A DNA stretch of 62,913 nucleotides, the filler included, from Sphacelaria rigidula (Eukaryota), in assembly GCA_964200075.2 (NCBI GenBank). It is 11 parts of 11 records of this genome, joined end to end, with 100 filler letters (N's around TTAATTAATTAA, not from the genome) between each part and the next. Parts side by side here need not be neighbours in the genome. Positions count along the whole stretch, not along the records: positions 11,459 to 17,087 come from CAXNAA020025736.1; positions 17,188 to 22,816 come from CAXNAA020025737.1; 9 more parts are not named here. The stretch is one strand, 5' to 3'. Made by a program: the position numbers and the translations under genes. The notes under the pieces were generated by a model. It had not been told where the DNA came from and made no database searches. It saw nothing but the letters and a program-made list of their open reading frames with translations. Positions 12,503 to 22,916 of this stretch are shown here, piece after piece (position 1 is the first letter of the stretch; every line of letters starts with the position of its first letter).

Positions 12503-13029
12503 GTTGGGTGACGACGGCGGCCTGTGCCATTGTGTTTGACCACGTAGAGCGAATAAGAAAAGGATGTAAAGACGCTCGGGAGATGGACCCAGTACGTAAG
12601 ATCTGGCTACTGGGGAAGCGGGGAGGATATGAGCGGCTTGGCGGTGGAAGGACGCGGTCGGCTTGAAGTCGGGTTGAGAGATTGGGGAGGGAGATCGGGG
12701 TGAGGACTGTGGCACACGATGACGGATGGACTTCGGTTCACTCTGAGTGGGGAAGGAGTCAACTAGGAAGAGGATGACATGTTTGAAGGCGACGCGGGTT
12801 GGATGTCAACGGGAGTGGCGAGGAATATGTGGCGGAGTGCAAAGCGTTGCAGGGACAACAGGAAGAGGCGGTGGCGGCTGTAGTGCCGACTGTGGCGGTG
12901 GCGGCGGTACGTGTGGCGACGTGCCGGAGTATAGAAAAAGTCTGGAAGAGACATGAATTGGCACCTGTAGGAGATGCTGCTGGGTCGGGGCGTGGAGGGG
13001 CGACTGGGGGAGAGAGGTGTTGGTGTCAG

Positions 13030-13933
13030 GCGATGAAGGTAGCAGATGTGCACCGCGGACTCGGAATGGAATCGATCAAGATGGCAGGGCAATGCCTAGG
13101 CGAAGGAAAAAGAGACGTCGACCAAACGGCGGAGTGGAGGTGTTCGTCGAGAAACATACCCCCAACCGATTTTGAGTAGGCGGGAGCTAAGGTTGCTTTT
13201 GTAATACAGCGCAGGTTGTGAATCAGGGAAGGAACAGAAGAGGCGGACCATCCTCCGTCTGACCGCGCTTTTGTCACAGTACCATTGGAGAAGGGAGAAT
13301 GTAGTAGGCCGAGCGAGGGGTGATTCAGCGGCAGCGTGGCTGTTGGTCGACGATGCAAAAGTGTCGAGCGGAAACTAGCAATGACTACGTGAGTCCCGGC
13401 TTCCACATACGAACAACAGCGGGGAGCAACTACGACCATATGGGGAGCGCTCGTGTATTTATGGGACATGTGCGGCGTCGGTCGAGCGATGGAGGTGGCA
13501 GATGGGCACAGCGGATTAGGAATGTAGCCGATCAAGATGATGGGGCAGAGTACCTAGGCGAAGGCAAATGAAACGTCGATAGGTCGATGGAGTGCAGTAG
13601 TTCTCCCGGGATGATACCCCAATCGATGTTGAGTAGGGCAGAGCGCGAGGTACTCTAGGAACATACGACAGGTTGTGCGGCAGGGAAAGAACAGCAGAGG
13701 TGGATCATTCTTGATCTAGCCGTGCTTTTGTTACAGTATCGCCAGAGAAAGGAAGAGAGATGAGGCCAAGCGAGGGGTGATTTAGCGGCAGCGTGGCTTC
13801 TGGTCAATGGTCCAAGAGTGCCGAGCGAAAACGAGCGATGGGTACTTGAGTACCGGCTTGCACGTACGAACACGAGCGGAGGGGAACTGCGGTCATGACG
13901 GCGATGCGTCTGTACCTATGGGACATGTGCGGC
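13030..13933. repeat. Diverged tandem duplication, unit ~456 bp (13030-13476, 13486-13933)
   Basis: Shared blocks CGATCAAGATG, CCTAGGCGAAGG, AGCGAGGGGTGATT.AGCGGCAGCGTGGCT and ATGGGACATGTGCGGC at a constant offset of 456-457 bp. Confidence 0.85.
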
Positions 13934-14600
13934 ATTGACTGTGGTGAGGGGATATCTGGACGACGAGGCAGATGCCGAGAAGCTACAGCGACACAGCTGC
14001 TGCGGCCGCCAGCGGCACTACAACTCCGTGGACTAAAGTACACACCGGCAAGATGGCGATGCGTCAAGGCGTGCGGGGGGCGTCGAGCGAGGGAGGACAA
14101 TCTGGGTGTCGCAAGCGACAACGTGGAACAATAGACAACGCGAACCAGGAACGGAGTCGGTCGAATTGCAGCATGACGAGAAAATAGTCAGATACAACAC
14201 AACGGGAAAATACCACGACGAGAAATGAGGGGGCCATTATAGACGTACGGTGTACAGTGGATTGGGAAACCAGACAAGAACAGCAAGGCGGGACAGGGAT
14301 CGGGACATCACTTTCCGGGGAAACGGAGTTACAGACGATGCGATAGAGGCCACACACGAGGGGTGGACGCGAAGATTGACTCAAGCAGCAGGTGAGATCT
14401 GTGGTAAGGTGACAATACGTGGGGGCATCGGGTCGATGAAGCGTGGGGGCGGGTGTTGTAGAGGCAGGGGGTGACGATAGTACGTGGAGGGAGGACGCGT
14501 CGAGGTGCGGCTGCACACTACGGATTCAAACACGAAATTGTTGAGCTTGAGTATGTGGTAAAAATTGATGATGGAATAATAGTGTAGCTTCGGTATCTTC

Positions 14601-14716
14601 TTTTCTCGACTTTCCTTCAGCGAATGTTTGTGCTGTGTTAACCTGGGGTACGTCTATCCAGTAATCGCGGCTGGATCCCTAGGTGATCACTTCATATGCG
14701 ACGATCAATCAATCAA
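14601..14716 (+). mobile_element. 3' end of a non-LTR retroelement with an (AATC)n tail
   Basis: TTCAGCGA.TG...GGGTACGTCT...GC..CTGGATCCCT.GG.GATC...ATCAATCAATCAA. Homologous to 49817-49927, with a tail remnant at 61533-61557. Confidence 0.6.
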
Positions 14717-17013
14717 GTGCGAGGACAGCGCAAATGCTTTGTCCAGACATGAGTTCTCTAACTAAAGTTACATTGGTTTCTTACTCTCGACCTGTATATC
14801 AAACTCACGTTTCAAGGTGTTGCTGTTTCTCCGTTCTCAACCTTTACTACGAACTCAAAGATTACAATTTTCACTCATTGGCAAACCCAATGATCAGCCC
14901 TTTCTTGTTCTGATGCTACGCCTCTATATTGCACTGCACGGTACTGCCGTTGAGGGACCTTTGTACCTTCTCTCCGTGCTCCGTGGCTGGTGGATTGTGT
15001 TTCTTTGTTGTTGCATTCGGTTCGGACACAACGGATAGCCAAGCACGTGCACGCGGAAACTCGCGCTTGTGAGTGTTTTATAACGATCACCATGACAACT
15101 GTACTGTAGAATGAACAACAACGACAACAAGGATGACTCCTGGACGTGGCGCGAGCATTATGGGCTGTTTCTTCAAGAAATGCGTCCAGTACGTCGTCGG
15201 GAATTGCGCTCACTTTCGTGTTTCTCCGTTTCCCGCGGGAAGATGGAGCCCAGGTGCCCAACACACTTTGACCGCTAGCCCGAAAGAAGGCCTTGGGATG
15301 TCTCGTGTCCATCCTAGGGGCACTTCACATACAAGGATAGATTCCGAAGTGTTGTGTGCGCGTTTGGCGGGACGTATTTGGCTGGCGAAATTTCCATATC
15401 TTCACTGTTATCGAGCAGGAATGATAGCGATAGTGGGGCTTCTATTCCTCTTTTAACTTTTTCCATATTTTCTACTCTCGATCACCTGCTCCGTTCCGTG
15501 TACGCGCTTATCCAGGACTCGTCGAGAGGTACGATTTGAGTCCCCGACGACATGGGCGCAGCGGATCCGACCAAACATCTACCGCGATACAAGAGCATTC
15601 CACGCGGAGCGATTTTGATTCACGTACCACATAGCCGACGCCGATCGTATGCCGACCGCCTACAGAATGGGCACCTGGGAATACAGCCCTGTAGCCAAAG
15701 GAGGGCAAACTTCAACAGTCCGGGGTACGAGGCAACGATGGCGGTGTGCGTTGCTGTTGAGAGGATGTTTGATCATGTCGTTGTGTATGCCTTCCGGCGC
15801 AGTGTCGTGGGCTACCGTAGACTAATGTCGAGATAGCCCCCCTACAAAAAGTGCACCAGAGACCGTCCGACGAACCGGCTGCGATCCCACTCGTGGGCTC
15901 GTTTGCAGCGATTTTGCCCACATGAGAGGCGTGTAGCAGTCCGAAATTAGCTATGACGCCCAAATGAGTCGCGTCGTGCAGGAAGAAACCGGCTCTAACG
16001 GCATTTATAATGATCCCCTCCGTACACGTTTTTGGTCGGTTCGTAGGAGTGTGCTCAGGACAACAAAAGAGGAACACTCCAGTTCGTTTCTGCGTACGTA
16101 CCTTGGCTTAGAAAGGTGCGACGAGCAGAAGGTATTGATGAAACTATCAGAAACGAGTTTTCGCACCGGCACGGTGAGATGTGTGTGTTCGCACGTCTTT
16201 TGCACGAGTGCGGTGCTGTCTTTCAGGCGGTGCGGAGGCTGCTTTCTTGGTACGTTCAAGGCCACTGCATCTGTATGAGTTACCCTTCATGTACGTACCA
16301 TGATGATGTGTATGGGCGAGCTAGTGGATAATGGCTACACGGCTCACCGCCCGTATTAATTGAACTGATCGCTGCGCGTCGCATGGTATCCTTGTCATCT
16401 ACGGGGTAGACCGGCAGAGTTGACAGGAAGAATCGCGAAAACATTTCAACAGCTGTCGTTCTTTCCTCTACCCTCTGCCGAGATTGCCGTCATGGCTCCA
16501 TAACCTGCAACGCGGCGCTCGGGCTCGTGATAAATAGAGCAAAATCAATGTACTCCAAAAGCAGAGGATTTCTTGGACTTCATCCCCTCGAAGGAGGAGC
16601 CATACATCTTCCTCGTCAAGAAAGTCGCACTAACCAAGGTACACAACGGGAAACCCCGTCACCCTGCTTACCTCCTCACTCCTTCTCGGCGCTCACCTGC
16701 CTCCACGAGGCTGTCTACTACGTTTCCCTGATGGCCGTGCCCTTTTCAGAAGTTGGGCGAAGGCAATCCCACCTCGTAACTGTCCTCCTTGACATCCTCC
16801 ATAATTTGCTTTTGTCCGCACTTGGGCACTACCGTGCCGAACGGCACTCTCACCCTATCCTCCTTGATAACCTGCTGGACAAACCCCTTTGAGATACGAC
16901 CACAAGCTGCGTGCAATGCTGGCGAGGGTTGAGAGGCAAAGAACGACGAAAGGCCAATAACATTCGCATATGAGGTTTTCAAGGCGGAGCTCAACCCTCC
17001 CACATCGCGGTCA

Positions 17014-17087
17014 CAGATGGCAGCAGCTAAGAAAATACTTGGATGCTCGAAAACGACAAGTAATATAGTATTGAGAGCAGAGTTGGG
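17014..17087 (+). mobile_element. LINE ORF2 fragment (post-RT region), cut by the contig end
   Basis: Translates QMAAAKKILGCSKTTSNIVLRAELG, a typical non-LTR post-RT motif (T.N..LR.ELG). Confidence 0.8.
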
Positions 17088-17187
17088 NNNNNNNNNNNNN
17101 NNNNNNNNNNNNNNNNNNNNNNNNNNNNNNNTTAATTAATTAANNNNNNNNNNNNNNNNNNNNNNNNNNNNNNNNNNNNNNNNNNNN
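17088..17187. other. Artificial contig linker
   Basis: N44-TTAATTAATTAA-N44. Confidence 0.99.
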
Positions 17188-18083
17188 GGGTGTGGGGTCA
17201 ATGAAAAAAACACAAAAGAAAACAAAAAAAAAGGCCCCCCCCCCCCCCCCCCCCCCTATCGTAGGATGACTCAGAGGTTTAAAAGGGCGGTTATCATATA
17301 TTTTTTCAGTCTATAAAGAGCGGCCGAATACTTGGGGTTGGACTCTGAAACTTGTGTGGACAATCAATACGGTATAATGAAAGAAAACAAGGCATGGGTC
17401 ATTTTTTTCCATGACTTCACGGCATTTAGCTTGAACCTGAAAACTGGTTATTGCCTTCAACTCATGAAAAAAATGAGTCGACGCATAAATGATCTAGTAT
17501 GCCCTCTCTATTGTTCACACCAAAATTCAGGATCCAACTTAAAAGGTAACAAACGTCGAATGGGTCGTTTCAAATCCGGATCGGTGAAAATTCGGAACAG
17601 TATTTTGCCGGGCACTTACCGGCCCACGTTTGGTGTTCGTGTATTGAAGTTTTGGCTGGAGACCTCGCTAGGGCATTATGAACCAAAGAACGTGAGTCAG
17701 GGTTTTCTTTGTTTATTCACTTGTCCAGGATGTTTCCGTATGTTGATCATTTTTTCACGAGAATGCCCTACCCTCTCCCTCCCGCAAAAACAAGTAAGGT
17801 CTATAGATTCTTTTATTTCGCATACCTTATCCCTGCGTGCTGCCAGCCTTGGCTCGTTTGCATCATCTCCTCCGGAGAGTCTGCTGCTGCATATTACAGA
17901 TGAACAATTTTGGAATCGCTCACCGCTTTGAGTGGGATTTGAGTGTCATCTCAGAGACGTTTACCTCCTCAATGTGAGGGGTCACAATCTCTACAATTTT
18001 CAACATTTTTTAAGGGAAAACAAGCCAAATAACGTAATTTTTCTCACCTCCGGCGGCGCTCCCGCGGGGCCCCCTCACAAGCC

Positions 18084-18115
18084 GGGGGGGGGGGGGTACT
18101 CGTGATCATGCAGGC
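18084..18115 (-). mobile_element. Extremely 5'-truncated 3' end of the C-tailed LINE family
   Basis: Minus strand GCCTGCATGATCACGAGTAC followed by C13, matching 28691-28716. Confidence 0.55.
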
Positions 18116-18451
18116 AGCGTGCCTATGTTTTCCCAGCTCATTGGCGGAGCCGATTCATCGGAAAAACATCGATGTACTGGCCGCTGGCGTCGACGGTTGA
18201 GATTCAACTGGCCAACGCAGCCAATTCACGGCCCTACTTTTCACGGCTCGTGCCAGGCTTGTGTACAAGTTGTGTATGCTGCGCTTGCACGGCAGGCAGT
18301 AGGGGAATGAGACAAATGGGCTGTACTCATCTCAGTAAAGCTCGTAACTTGTGCGTGCGTGTGTGTGTGTTTGTTCCGTTTCCCCGTTGCTGCTCCCCTG
18401 AATTTCAGCATATTGATAGAAATGACGTCGTGACAAAATTTCACCTCGTAT

Positions 18452-18975
18452 GGTCGTTTTCTACGGTTCGTATTTCTTGGGGGCTCGTGTTTTCCACCTC
18501 TAACACATGTGACACGGTTTTTGTCCGCAAAATAGAGACCATCGCCATCACAAGTCTTGGACACTCCGCATCGCCCCACCGAGAGGAGCCTATACCATTT
18601 TCCCGATTCGCACGGCTCGGAGATTTCGAGAACGGCCTTAGGACAAAAATGCGGGTCGAAAACAAATCCATTGTCTGCAAGTATTTCTTTATGAAAATTC
18701 CTGCACACATCGCTTTTTCCTTCAGTCGTATTTTTGCCCCGAGACCACCGTTCTCGAGGACTCCGAGCCTTCTCGTGAAAAGATCTGCAGGCCCCGTTTC
18801 TTGTTCTTCAGTTGTACTCTTATCCTTAGGCCGTTCTCGAAACATCCGAGCCGTGCGAATCAGAAAGTGTCCAAGACACGTTATCGCGATAGTCTCTGTT
18901 CTGCGGCCAAAATCGCGTCAAGTGTCTCATAAGTGAAGAATACGAGCCCAGACGAGTACAAACCGCAAGAACCGG
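18452..18975. mobile_element. Diverged fold-back element (arms about 18452-18645 and 18820-18975)
   Basis: GATTCGCACGGCTCGGAGATTTCGAGAACGGCCT is inverted against AGGCCGTTCTCGAAACATCCGAGCCGTGCGAATC. GTCTTGGACACT/AGTGTCCAAGAC and GGGCTCGT/ACGAGCCC extend the arms. Confidence 0.75.
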
Positions 18976-21256
18976 AATCACTGCAAACGTTGGCCACCGC
19001 CTTGATTGCTGCACACCGTGGACAAAAGAATACACTGTCAATACGTGTACTGTGCGCAGTATCGACTATTACGCCTATTGCACAGACAACGAGTTCCATA
19101 CGGTACGCAGGATTTTTTCCCCCAATGTATATATAGAACCTATCGTCCAGCATGTGGATTGCTGGCTCAGCTCGTATCCGTTCTCTGAACTGCCCATCCT
19201 GTGGTTGCTAGTGAGGAAGAATTCGCCGTCCCGCGCAGAGGATTTGTTCTCTCGTCTCAGCAAAGGCTCCCTCTTGAGTGGCCACTTGTATAGGTTGGGG
19301 TAAGGGTAATTCAGCTGCGCTTCATTTGTCGACGAGTTTTTCGTAGATAATGTACCTGACCTCGAGAAACGTCTTTTCTCCTCGTTACTCTCCTCCTCTT
19401 GCACTTGTCCACCCACATTTATCCCGTGACCAGGGGCGCTACATCCTTTTCGGAGGGGGCACACGGAGCGGACCGAGCCTGGCGCGTGGTGTTTCTATAC
19501 ATCCGTTTCGAGATGTATTTCGAAAATGATGGTTGCCAAGTAGTGGTTGAGCAGCGTAAATATTTCATCATGGTACCCTCCCGCGGGTTTGATTCATGCA
19601 TGTCATCTGCCCGGGATGTAGTGGAGCAAGGGGGCCGAAAAATGGCACGTTTGGTATTTCTCAATGTCGTAGCCCTTGAGTATTCGTGGGTTGACGGCGG
19701 GGGGAGGTTGTGTTTCATTTTCCTCTTCGATATCAAGATGGATGAGGGGGTTATAACGCTCCTTGTGTGTTTTGTTCTGTCGAAGATCAAGATGGAGTGG
19801 GGATGTGCAACTTATGGTTGATGACCACTACAGTTACTACAGATTCATGAATATATATATATGCATGGCAGAGGCGTCATACACCACGGTTCTAAACGGT
19901 TTGAATGGGTCCAAGGGATGGCCTTAGTACGGGTTGCGACTTGTTGGCAGCATAACTTACATGATCGTTCTTGGGCCGAAGTCTGTCACGTTCATTTGTG
20001 TTAGGTGTGTATTTGTTCGTGTTATGTCCTTAAGGCGGCAGATTTATGTGATGCAAAGAGGGGAAATATACACGACATAATCAAGTGCAAAGAAATCTTC
20101 ATTTCAGAGAGCTTCGAAAGACGTTGTTTTTTACCATAGAAGCAGAGTCCAGAGTGGAAGCTTCGAAACTTCATAGTGGACGTTAAACAGTTCATAGCGG
20201 AAGCTCATGTGACGTGGCTTGACGTGGTTTGTTTGTCGCAGTGATTGGCCCCAGATTGCCCCGCCAAATGTGCGATCGGCCAGCGTCCACTTCGAAAGTG
20301 CATAGGCCGGCACAACATTGGCTGTACCGTACACAGGGCACCGTACGCACCATTCACTACGCTTTTTCACTGCACCTGCAGTACTTCAATCCACTACGGC
20401 GCATTGCAGGTGACTGTAGTGCTGTAGTGCTACTCTTCTGTGCAGCGTGGAGTACAGTGCAGTACAGAGAGTGCAATACATAACCCTACCACAGTGCATT
20501 GTGATGCTGTGAACTATTACGTGGACTAATACTGTACAGCGATACCGTACAGAGAGTCAGCTGCACAAGCAGCAGCACAGACAGTACGGTACGCACCTAT
20601 CAAAACAGCAGACCTCGACCGCATTGCGATGAGTTTCCCACATGCCCCCCATAACGATGGTGCAAGACGTTATGATCTCTCACGGGAAGGAAATACAGCC
20701 AGGTGTAGTACTGCTTGTGCCCTGTAGAGTACGAATCGTTCCCACAGTCTTCTTTCAGCTGAAACCGGCAAGAATGAGGAACTGCACCCCACGCAACGTG
20801 TACCCGTCGAGCATTTGAATTTTCACGCAACACAACCAAGCGAATGCTGATACGATGGGTTCGTCAGGGAGGTCTTCTGATTGCGATGCCAAGCTTTTTT
20901 ACTTCGTAAATGGCACATCGTGACGAGTATGTCGGTTTTGATGGATGATGAATGTCTCACTTTGCTTGTTAGGGTCTATTGACTTTGGACTGGACGTGAC
21001 CATGGTGGTGAAGGCGGGCGTGGTTGTTTTTCATTCCGCCATGGACTCTGAAGAGGAACAACGGCTTTCAGAGTGAAGTGGTACAAACGGCACGCTGACT
21101 CTGAACAAATCGCCTTAAAAAAACTTCATAGCGGAAAGTGCACCGTCACCGGCTATTTTTTCCTCCGCTCTGACTCTAACATTTGAAAAACATTTTTTCC
21201 GAAACTCTCTATTGTTGACTCCAACGTGTGGGTGACGTTGACATCTATCCGAAATG

Positions 21257-21415
21257 CGGGACCCTGTGCAAGGTTGCACACGGGACCTTGTGGAAGGTCA
21301 AGAACAGGACCTGTGCAGGGTACCGTTCAGGACCACCTTACAGGACCTTGCGCAAGGTACCTTGCGCAACCTGACACCTTATCAAAGGTCTGCGCAAGGT
21401 GCCTGCCAGGTCCTG
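21257..21415. repeat. Array of degenerate palindromic GGACCTTGCGCAAGGT units
   Basis: Perfect palindromes ACCTTGCGCAAGGT (21345-21358) and TTGCGCAAGGTACCTTGCGCAA (from 21348), among several decayed variants. Confidence 0.7.
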
Positions 21416-21605
21416 GAGCCTACCCCCAGCGGTCACCTGTGTAGCAACGATCGAGTGAGGAGCAAGAACTGAGGAGAGCAGCTTCGACAACATCGACGGA
21501 GTAGGACTAAGTGAGCGCAGTATATACGAGTATTCGAGTTTTTCTCTGCATCATGGAGGAATATCCTAGTAGAGTACAGTAAAGTACGGTAAGGTACAGG
21601 AAAGT

Positions 21606-22189
21606 ACAGTAAAGTACAAGTGGAGTACAGTGTACACGTTGGGTAAGAGTGAGTGTGATTTTTTCTTCTTCTATACATTCGAAATAACAGACAATTCTAT
21701 AAAACGAGGTTCATCAATTGAATGAGGTTCGAGCCCAAAACAGTACTTTCTACCCACTTTCAGCGATGGTGCCCAATGACTTTCTTGTCGGCCTAATGCC
21801 CCTCGATCGCGTAAATGCTTCTTCAGCGCATTTTACCGACCTTGTGAGCTTACAGCGCTGTCCGAAACCGCCATTTCTACTTTTGTTTCAGGGGGGGGGG
21901 AATGATATCAGGGAAAACCGTGGTCTCGGTCAGCGCTGTAAGCTCACAGAGTCGGTAAAATGCGCTGAAGAAGTATCTACGCGATCGAGGGGCATTAGGC
22001 CCACAAGAAAGTCATTGGGCACCATCGCTGAAAGTGTGTGGAAAGTACTGTTTTGGGCTCGATCCTCATTCAATTGATGAACCTCATTTTATAGAATGAA
22101 TTGTCTGTTATTTCGAATGTATAAAAGAAGAAAAAATCACGCTCACTCTTATCCAACGTATATACTGTACTCCACTTGTACTTTACTGT
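21606..22189. mobile_element. Long near-perfect palindrome / fold-back MITE (arms 21606-21869 and 21922-22189, ~52-bp spacer containing G10)
   Basis: Arms of about 265 bp pair base by base with scattered mismatches. A second partial copy at 5766-5885 shows it is a dispersed family. Confidence 0.9.
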
Positions 22190-22816
22190 TCCCTTGATGG
22201 TGTCGGCGGCGACAGAAACTCCGACGGCGAAGAAAGTGCTGCCGATTGGGGGTGCTGAAGGAGGGTGAAAGCAATGGTGAGTGTTGCGGGATTTCGGCGG
22301 GGGCGGTTCGAGGGATGGTCAAGTAGGCGGGGGTGATTTTGGTGCTGGCGCTGGGGCTAGTGGTGATGTCGGGTTGACACGAGTATATCATTGGACATGG
22401 GTTAGTGTTGTTGGACATGGGCTAGCTTTACACTGGTTCTCCCTTCGTAAAGTGGAGGCCGGTGGTTGGTACGATTGGGGATGGGTTCCTGTTACTACTC
22501 TGGTTTTCCCTTCGTAAAGTAGAGGCCGGTGGTTGGTTGGTGCTTCGCTGCAGGCGGCAAGACGCGTGGCAGTAAAGCGACTAGGGCGCGGAGGGGACAG
22601 GCAAGGGTGTTGGGGCGTGATCTGGACCGTTTTTGTTCGTCGTTGCCGCATGGGTTTCCACACTTCGCTTCTTCTCTTTTTCCACTCCGACTGTTGGCCA
22701 TGCCCCTCCGTCTCCTTTCAGCCTGGTCCGGCGAGAACCCGGCGTGCTCCGTCCCGGCTTTGTAGGGGCGGATCCCCGATGGGGTTGGCATCGCTTGGCG
22801 ATGGCGCTATAAAGCA

Positions 22817-22916
22817 NNNNNNNNNNNNNNNNNNNNNNNNNNNNNNNNNNNNNNNNNNNNTTAATTAATTAANNNNNNNNNNNNNNNNNNNNNNNNNNNN
22901 NNNNNNNNNNNNNNNN
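22817..22916. other. Artificial contig linker
   Basis: N44-TTAATTAATTAA-N44. Confidence 0.99.

Noticed and set aside
11524..12543. 339-aa minus-strand ORF
   Set aside because: It is the antisense shadow of the GC-rich plus-strand exon.
17332..18936. 199-aa and 254-aa ORFs in contig 4
   Set aside because: They have non-ATG or weak starts and no recognisable domain, and they overlap AT-rich TE-like sequence and a fold-back element.
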